Source: Planctomycetaceae bacterium (GTDB lineage: Bacteria > Planctomycetota > Planctomycetia > Pirellulales > Thermoguttaceae). Taken from it: a stretch of 37,241 nt of DNA. Location of the stretch: NCBI GenBank assembly GCA_037442445.1, contig JBBIQF010000084.1, positions 1-37,241 on the forward strand. Direction: 5' to 3'. This document shows, piece by piece, positions 32,405-37,241 of the stretch. A program made the translations under genes and the position numbers. A model generated the notes under the pieces. It made no database searches. It saw only the letters and a list, made by a program, of their open reading frames with translations, and was not told where the DNA came from. How positions within the stretch are numbered: the stretch's first letter is position 1; every line of letters starts with the position of its first letter.

Positions 32405-33616
32405 CTACCGCCGCGGGGGGAACCACGCTGCCGGACGCTGCTCGATGGTTGCGGGGATCCGCATTTCCTGCCCACCACGCAGCACGGTAACCACGATCTG
32501 GGTGCCAATCTTGGCACGCGCGACGGCCAGCCGCACATCCTCGGCGTCGCGGACGGTCTGATCGCCCACGGCCACGATGACGTCGCCCGGCTGGATGCCC
32601 GCTTTGGCCGCCGGCGAGTCGGCCGCCACCGCCGTCACCACCACGCCGCGAGCCTCCGTAAGTCCAAAATGCTTCGCCAGTTCCGGGGTGACCTCTTGCA
32701 TCTGGATGCCCAGCCAACCCCGCGTGATGCCCGTGGTCTTCAAGCGCTCGAAAACCCGCTGCGCCAACTGGCTAGGGATAGCGAAGCTGATACCCCGATA
32801 GCTTTGCCCCACAATCGCTGTGTTGATCCCCACCACCTCGCCCTGCATGTTCACCAGCGGGCCGCCGCTGTTACCCGGGTTGACCGCGGCATCGGTCTGC
32901 AGGAAATCGCGGTACCCGGTGTTATCCAAGTCCACGCGGCGTTCCTTGGCGCTGATGATGCCGGCAGTAACCGAGCGGGCTAGACCGTAGGGGTTTCCCA
33001 CGGCCAGGACTTCGTCGCCCACTTCGAGCCGGTCGCTATCGCCCCATTTGGCAGCAATCAGGCCGTTGGCGCTGAGCTTCAGGACCGCCCGCGCGCTTAC
33101 CGGGTCGGCACCGATGATCTGCACGTCGTCGATGATCCGGCCATCGCTCAGTTTGACCCGCACGGCCGAGGCCTGGTCGATCACGTGCGAATTGGTAAGG
33201 ATGTAGCCCTGGGCATCGATGATCACCCCCGAGCCTTGCCCGACCGCCTCGTACTGGGGCGGGGGGAGGAACGCCCATTCGTCCAGCACCCGCGGGCCGG
33301 CCATGACCCGTACCGTATCGATGCCCACCACGCTGGGCTCGATGATCTTGGCGGCCAGGCGGTAGCGGCTGGTCTGTTCGCCCAGTTGGCCGAGCTGCTG
33401 CCGGGCTGCATCGTACCTGGCCCGCTCTTCCCCCCGGGTGATCGCATAGCTGATTTCCTGCGCCAGATACGGTAGCGCCAAGAGCACCAACAGCCCCGCC
33501 AAGAACAGCAACAGCGCCGGCAACAGCGTGTGCCGAGGGCCGCGGCCTGGGCGGGACGCCGGTGTTTCGATAGGCATCTCTTCCTCGCGACGCTCGATGA
33601 ACTCGGGCATGGACAT
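32405..33616 (-). CDS. HtrA/DegP-family periplasmic serine protease with one PDZ domain
   Basis: N-terminal TM anchor. Catalytic triad contexts TNSHVI, D...AVLKL and GNSGGPLVN. PDZ segment GVVVTAVAADSPAAKAGIQPGDVIVAVGDQTV. Confidence 0.9.
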   Translation of the reverse strand: MSMPEFIERREEEMPIETPASRPGRGPRHTLLPALLLFLAGLLVLLALPYLAQEISYAITRGEERARYDAARQQLGQLGEQTSRYRLAAKIIEPSVVGIDTVRVMAGPRVLDEWAFLPPPQYEAVGQGSGVIIDAQGYILTNSHVIDQASAVRVKLSDGRIIDDVQIIGADPVSARAVLKLSANGLIAAKWGDSDRLEVGDEVLAVGNPYGLARSVTAGIISAKERRVDLDNTGYRDFLQTDAAVNPGNSGGPLVNMQGEVVGINTAIVGQSYRGISFAIPSQLAQRVFERLKTTGITRGWLGIQMQEVTPELAKHFGLTEARGVVVTAVAADSPAAKAGIQPGDVIVAVGDQTVRDAEDVRLAVARAKIGTQIVVTVLRGGQEMRIPATIEQRPAAWFPPRR

Positions 33617-33948
33617 CCTATAGCCTCCGAATCACTGCCGGGATACTTCGCGTCAAGGCCGCCGCGTGCCCCCCTGCGGATTGCCACGCCGAATGGGACC
33701 GCCCAACATGGCCGCCCAACGTGTTGCTCCGCCCGAGGCGGTGGCATCCCAAAACGAAGCCCGTTTGAACGGCGCGGCCGACGGGCCTATTCTGCCGCAC
33801 TCGACGGACAAGCGACATGTCCTCCGGTGATTATAGGGCGCCGCGGGCCTCCGCCCAGATGGCAGCCCCCGCCCGCGGCTCTTCCACCAACTACACCGGT
33901 GCGGGCGAAGCCGCCTGCAACCTTCGGGCGCCGACCCCAGGGCCGGCA

Positions 33949-34995
33949 CTAGAGGATCAACATCGCATCGCCGTAACTGTAGAAGCGGTACTCCTCGCGA
34001 ATGGCCTCTTGATAGGCCCGGACCATGAGGTCCCTTCCGCCAAAGGTGTAGACCAATACCAAGAGCGTGGTGCGGGGCAGGTGAAAGTTGGTCATCAAGG
34101 CATCGACAGCCCGGAATGTAAATGGCGGCCGAATGAACAGGTCGGTCATGCCCGTGAAGGGCTTCAGCGAACCGTCGCGGGCCGCGGTCTCCAGCACGCG
34201 AACGCAGGTGGTCCCTACGGCGATCACCCGGCCGCCCCGCTGCCGGGCCCCCTCGATGGTCCGCACCGTGTGGTCGGTCAAATTGGCCCATTCGGCGTGC
34301 ATGTGGTGTTCGGCGAGGCGCTCGGCCACGATGGGTTTGAACGTGCCCGGCCCGACATGCAAGGTGACCCACGCCAGCACCACCCCCATGCGCTGGAGCT
34401 TGCGGAGTAGGGACTCGGTGAAATGCAGCCCGGCCGTGGGGGCAGCCACGGCCCCCGGATGGCGGGCGAACACCGTCTGATAGGCTTCGCGGTCGGCCTC
34501 GACCATCTCCCCCTTGCGGATGTACGGCGGCAATGGCACCCGCCCCACCCGCTCCAGGATGGTCATCGCATCCTCTTGCGATTCCGGCCGGACGATCCAA
34601 TGGCCTTCGGCCTGGTGGGCCCCAATCCGCAACCGGATGTCGTCGCGCCCCTTAGTGTCCAGCAGGGTGACGGTCTCGCCCGGATGCATTTTGCCCCGCG
34701 TTTTCGCCAGGATTCGCCAGATGCCCTCCGGCGTGGCCTCTAGGAACAGCCCCTCCCAATGGCCACCCGTATCGGTCCGATACCCCACCAGCCTGGCCGG
34801 TATGACCCGCGTGTCGTTCAGCACAAGACAGTCGCCCGGCAGGAGGATCTCGGGCAGGTCGCGGACATGCCGGTGCGTAATTGCCCTGCTGGCCCGCTCG
34901 ATGACCATCAGGCGCGCATCGGCCCGGTTGGCAAGCGGGGCTTGCGCAATCAAATGGCGGGGCAACTCGTAGTCATACTGGTCCAATTCGGACAT
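33949..34995 (-). CDS. queA: S-adenosylmethionine:tRNA ribosyltransferase-isomerase
   Basis: MSELDQYDYELPRHLIAQAPLANRADARLMV...LVLNDTRVIPARL...GAVAAPTAGLHFT...VTLHVGPGTFKP...MHAEW...VGTTCVRVLE...NFHLPRTTLL, collinear with QueA. Confidence 0.92.
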   Translation of the reverse strand: MSELDQYDYELPRHLIAQAPLANRADARLMVIERASRAITHRHVRDLPEILLPGDCLVLNDTRVIPARLVGYRTDTGGHWEGLFLEATPEGIWRILAKTRGKMHPGETVTLLDTKGRDDIRLRIGAHQAEGHWIVRPESQEDAMTILERVGRVPLPPYIRKGEMVEADREAYQTVFARHPGAVAAPTAGLHFTESLLRKLQRMGVVLAWVTLHVGPGTFKPIVAERLAEHHMHAEWANLTDHTVRTIEGARQRGGRVIAVGTTCVRVLETAARDGSLKPFTGMTDLFIRPPFTFRAVDALMTNFHLPRTTLLVLVYTFGGRDLMVRAYQEAIREEYRFYSYGDAMLIL

Positions 34996-35248
34996 GACTC
35001 CGGCATGGGCCCGCTGGGGGGGCAATCCCATCTGGCCTGCACCCGGCCCGAAAGTCTCTGGCACCGGCACATACCCCGGTGCACCCGAGGCCTTGGGCCT
35101 TCATGGAGAGTATAGACGCCCCTTGGGGCTTGGTGCAGCCCCACAAGTCGCGGGTTGAAAGACCGCGGTCTGCCGACACTCCCCACTGGCCGGCCGCGGA
35201 CCCAAAAAACCGTTTGCGTGGCATGCTTTAGCAAGGGATGATGTCCGA

Positions 35249-36454
35249 ATGCTGCCATATCGCGTCGCCCTGTGCATCACCGACCTGGAGGTAGGCGGGG
35301 CCGAGGTTGCCCTGGTCGAACTGGCCACCCGCTTAGATAGGGCCCGGTTCTGGCCGGTGGTCTACTGTTTGGGCCCCAGGCCGAAAGGGCCCGAGGCCTC
35401 ATGCGCGGCCAGACTCCAAGCGGCGGGCATTGCGGTCCATTGCCTCGGGGCGCGGCGGTGGCGCGACGCGGCGTGGGCCATCCCCCGGCTTGCGGGCCTG
35501 TTGCGGGCCCAGCGGCCGCACCTGGTGCAATCGTTCCTTTTTCACGCGAACCTTGCGGGCCGAATAGCGGCCCGGCTGGCCGGGGTGCCACGGGTCGTGG
35601 CCGGCATCCGGGTGGCCGAACGTCATGCGGCTTGGCATCTTTGGCTTGACCGGCTCACCGCCCGCTGGGTGGACCGCTACGTGTGCGTCAGCCAAGCCGT
35701 TGCGGAGTTCTCGGTCCGCAAGGGCCGACTCCCCCGCCAGCGGGTGGTGGTCATTCCTAACGGCGTGGACGCCACCCGCTACCCCGCTAGTCAAGCCGCG
35801 GATTTGACGCAATTCGGCATCTCCCCACAGAGCAAGGTGGTCGCGTTCGTGGGGCGCTTAGAGCCTCAAAAAGGGGTGGACTGGCTGCTCGAAACCGCCT
35901 TGCGGTGGCTCCGCCCGGCCGACTGCCATTTGTTGGTCGTGGGTCAGGGGCCTTCGTATCCGGAGCTGCTGGCCATTGCACGCCGGCTAGGGCTATCTAG
36001 CCAAGTACATTTTGTGGGGTGGCGGCGCGATGTGCCTGAGATACTGGCGGCAAGTACGCTTCTGGTTCTCCCCTCTCGGTGGGAGGGGATGGCCAACGTC
36101 TTGCTCGAAGCGATGGCCAGCGGGCTGCCGGTGGTAGCTACCGATGTCGAGGGGGTCAGGGAGGTGCTGGCGGATTCCAGCGATTTGCAGGTGGTGCCGT
36201 TCGGCGACACCGAGCGGTTTGCCGGCCGGGTAAAAGCCATTTTGGAGAACCCCGGGCTGGCCGCAAGTCTGGGCCAGGCCAATCGCAAGCGTGTTGAATG
36301 TGCGTTCAGTATCGAAGGGACGGTAGCGAGCTACCAGCGGCTGTGGGAGTCGCTGATCGCGTGCGGCCAGGGGCCTGAAAAGGAAAAATCTTTGCACGAC
36401 TTAGGTCCAGGGCGATCGCCGCAACCCGATACGTGTCAAAACCCTATGGCGTAG
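35249..36454 (+). CDS. Glycosyltransferase family 4 (GT-B fold)
   Basis: N-terminal ITDLEVGGAEV and the C-terminal GT4 signature PSRWEGMANVLLEAMASGLPVVATDVEGVREVL. Confidence 0.85.
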   Translation: MLPYRVALCITDLEVGGAEVALVELATRLDRARFWPVVYCLGPRPKGPEASCAARLQAAGIAVHCLGARRWRDAAWAIPRLAGLLRAQRPHLVQSFLFHANLAGRIAARLAGVPRVVAGIRVAERHAAWHLWLDRLTARWVDRYVCVSQAVAEFSVRKGRLPRQRVVVIPNGVDATRYPASQAADLTQFGISPQSKVVAFVGRLEPQKGVDWLLETALRWLRPADCHLLVVGQGPSYPELLAIARRLGLSSQVHFVGWRRDVPEILAASTLLVLPSRWEGMANVLLEAMASGLPVVATDVEGVREVLADSSDLQVVPFGDTERFAGRVKAILENPGLAASLGQANRKRVECAFSIEGTVASYQRLWESLIACGQGPEKEKSLHDLGPGRSPQPDTCQNPMA

Positions 36455-36490
36455 CCACGTGACGTAACTGGGAAGTTGGCCGCGGGGGCC

Positions 36491-36518
36491 TTGATTGGCG
36501 GCGGAAAAAGGCTACATT
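36491..36518 (+). promoter_or_regulatory. Candidate promoter TTGATT-N16-TACATT upstream of mraZ
   Basis: TTGATT at 36491-36496, 16-nt spacer, TACATT at 36513-36518. It lies immediately upstream of the GTGG[G/C]G repeat array and about 40 nt before the mraZ ATG. Confidence 0.5.
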
Positions 36519-36526
36519 GGGGGCCT

Positions 36527-36552
36527 GTGGGGAAAAGTGGCGAAAAGTGGCG
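36527..36552 (+). promoter_or_regulatory. Putative MraZ operator: three direct GTGG(G/C)G boxes at 10-bp spacing
   Basis: GTGGGGaaaa GTGGCGaaaa GTGGCG (36527-36532, 36537-36542, 36547-36552). Each box is preceded by AAAA in units 2-3. The array lies between the candidate -10 and the mraZ ATG (36556). Confidence 0.6.
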
Positions 36553-36555
36553 GTT

Positions 36556-37002
36556 ATGCCCCTCACCGGAACGTACTGTCGAGCGGTGGATCAGAAGGGC
36601 CGGCTGCCACTGCCCAAGCCGCTTCGGGACGCCATGAAATGCCCCACAGGAGGGGTGCTTTATTTGGCCCCGGGTACCGACGGTTCGTTGGCCCTTTACA
36701 CGGAGGAGGCGTTCGCACGGTTAGCCGATCGGGTGGACCAGGCGTCCCCAGCAAGTCGGGATGTCCGGGCATTTACACGTCTGTTCTATGCCCGGGCGCA
36801 TCGGGTGGAACTCGATCGCCAAGGCCGAATTCGCATCCCGACAGAGCTTGCCGAACTCGTGGAATTGGGTAAGGATGCAGTATTGCTGGGCGTCCAGGAT
36901 CACGTGGAGATTTGGCCCAAGGACCGTTGGACCCAGTATCTGGCGGAGCGCCAGAAGGATTTCGACACGATCGCCGAGGCGGCACTAGGAGCTGTTCGCT
37001 GA
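36556..37002 (+). CDS. mraZ: Division/cell-wall cluster transcriptional regulator MraZ
   Basis: Two SpoVT/AbrB-like halves, each with the DxxGR motif (VDQKGRLPLP and LDRQGRIRIP). Typical size (~148 aa) and N-terminus. Confidence 0.9.
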   Translation: MPLTGTYCRAVDQKGRLPLPKPLRDAMKCPTGGVLYLAPGTDGSLALYTEEAFARLADRVDQASPASRDVRAFTRLFYARAHRVELDRQGRIRIPTELAELVELGKDAVLLGVQDHVEIWPKDRWTQYLAERQKDFDTIAEAALGAVR

Positions 37003-37241
37003 ACGTCCGTCCGTTCGCCATTGCGTGAGAAGAGCGGAACGCCAGTCCCAGGCCACCCGATTGGCGTTTCGTGCCTCGCCATCGCGAGGTCGAGGCATTC
37101 TCACGGACCGGAGAGGCAAGGACGCCTCCCGGTCGCGAACAGCCCGTGGCCAGCCCGTGCACTTCCTGGCGCACGGCAATTCGGCACGGCCAGGCCACCC
37201 GGCGGATTCCCCTATTGGGCCCGCGTGCGCACGGCGCCCGG

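Noticed and set aside
37003-37241. Expected rsmH (mraW) immediately downstream of mraZ.
   Set aside because: No open frame with the RsmH N-terminal H-x-P-V-L-type motif is visible in the last 239 nt. The gene may start beyond the window edge.

Overview
GC-rich bacterial chromosomal window (roughly two-thirds G+C by eye, not computed). It holds about 30 protein genes. By eye I found no rRNA, tRNA, CRISPR array or transposase. Polyproline linkers, a Rieske/cytochrome b operon with a multihaem c subunit, a DUF4962/heparinase-like enzyme, an excisionase-HTH+receiver regulator and mraZ suggest a Planctomycetota-like genome (inference only).

Gene order:
- 1-2085: Gfo/Idh/MocA oxidoreductase (partial) and a Dph6-like PP-loop ATPase.
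- 2255-5086: B12/siderophore-type ABC importer.
- 5803-8739: HU/IHF, a small lipoprotein, a PfkB kinase and a hypothetical anchored protein.
- 8867-18083: a 9.2-kb respiratory supercluster made of two divergent operons.
- 18375-20785: P-II, a stand-alone hypE, and prmC.
- 26862 down to 20808 (minus strand): folE, FAD/Fe-S oxidoreductase, moaD, moaE, moaA and a YkgJ-like gene.
- 27292-29754: heparinase II/III-like enzyme.
- 30435-33616: HTH-receiver regulator, a PT-TG polymorphic-toxin-like orphan, and HtrA.
- 33949-37002: queA, a GT4 glycosyltransferase and mraZ with its operator.

The standout is the cytochrome cluster. It encodes four c-type multihaem proteins with 35 CXXCH motifs plus one CX4CH. 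One is an 11-haem c / b-type cytochrome fusion and one a NapC/NirT-headed protein. They sit back to back with a Rieske / cytochrome b / nonahaem operon, and no terminal catalytic enzyme is in view.

Secondary items are several families of GC-rich REP-like intergenic repeats, a heptanucleotide tandem array at the moaA/ykgJ junction, and recurrent TTGAC-N16/17-TAnnnT promoters. All calls rest on reading the translated ORFs and the DNA by eye; no database search was run.
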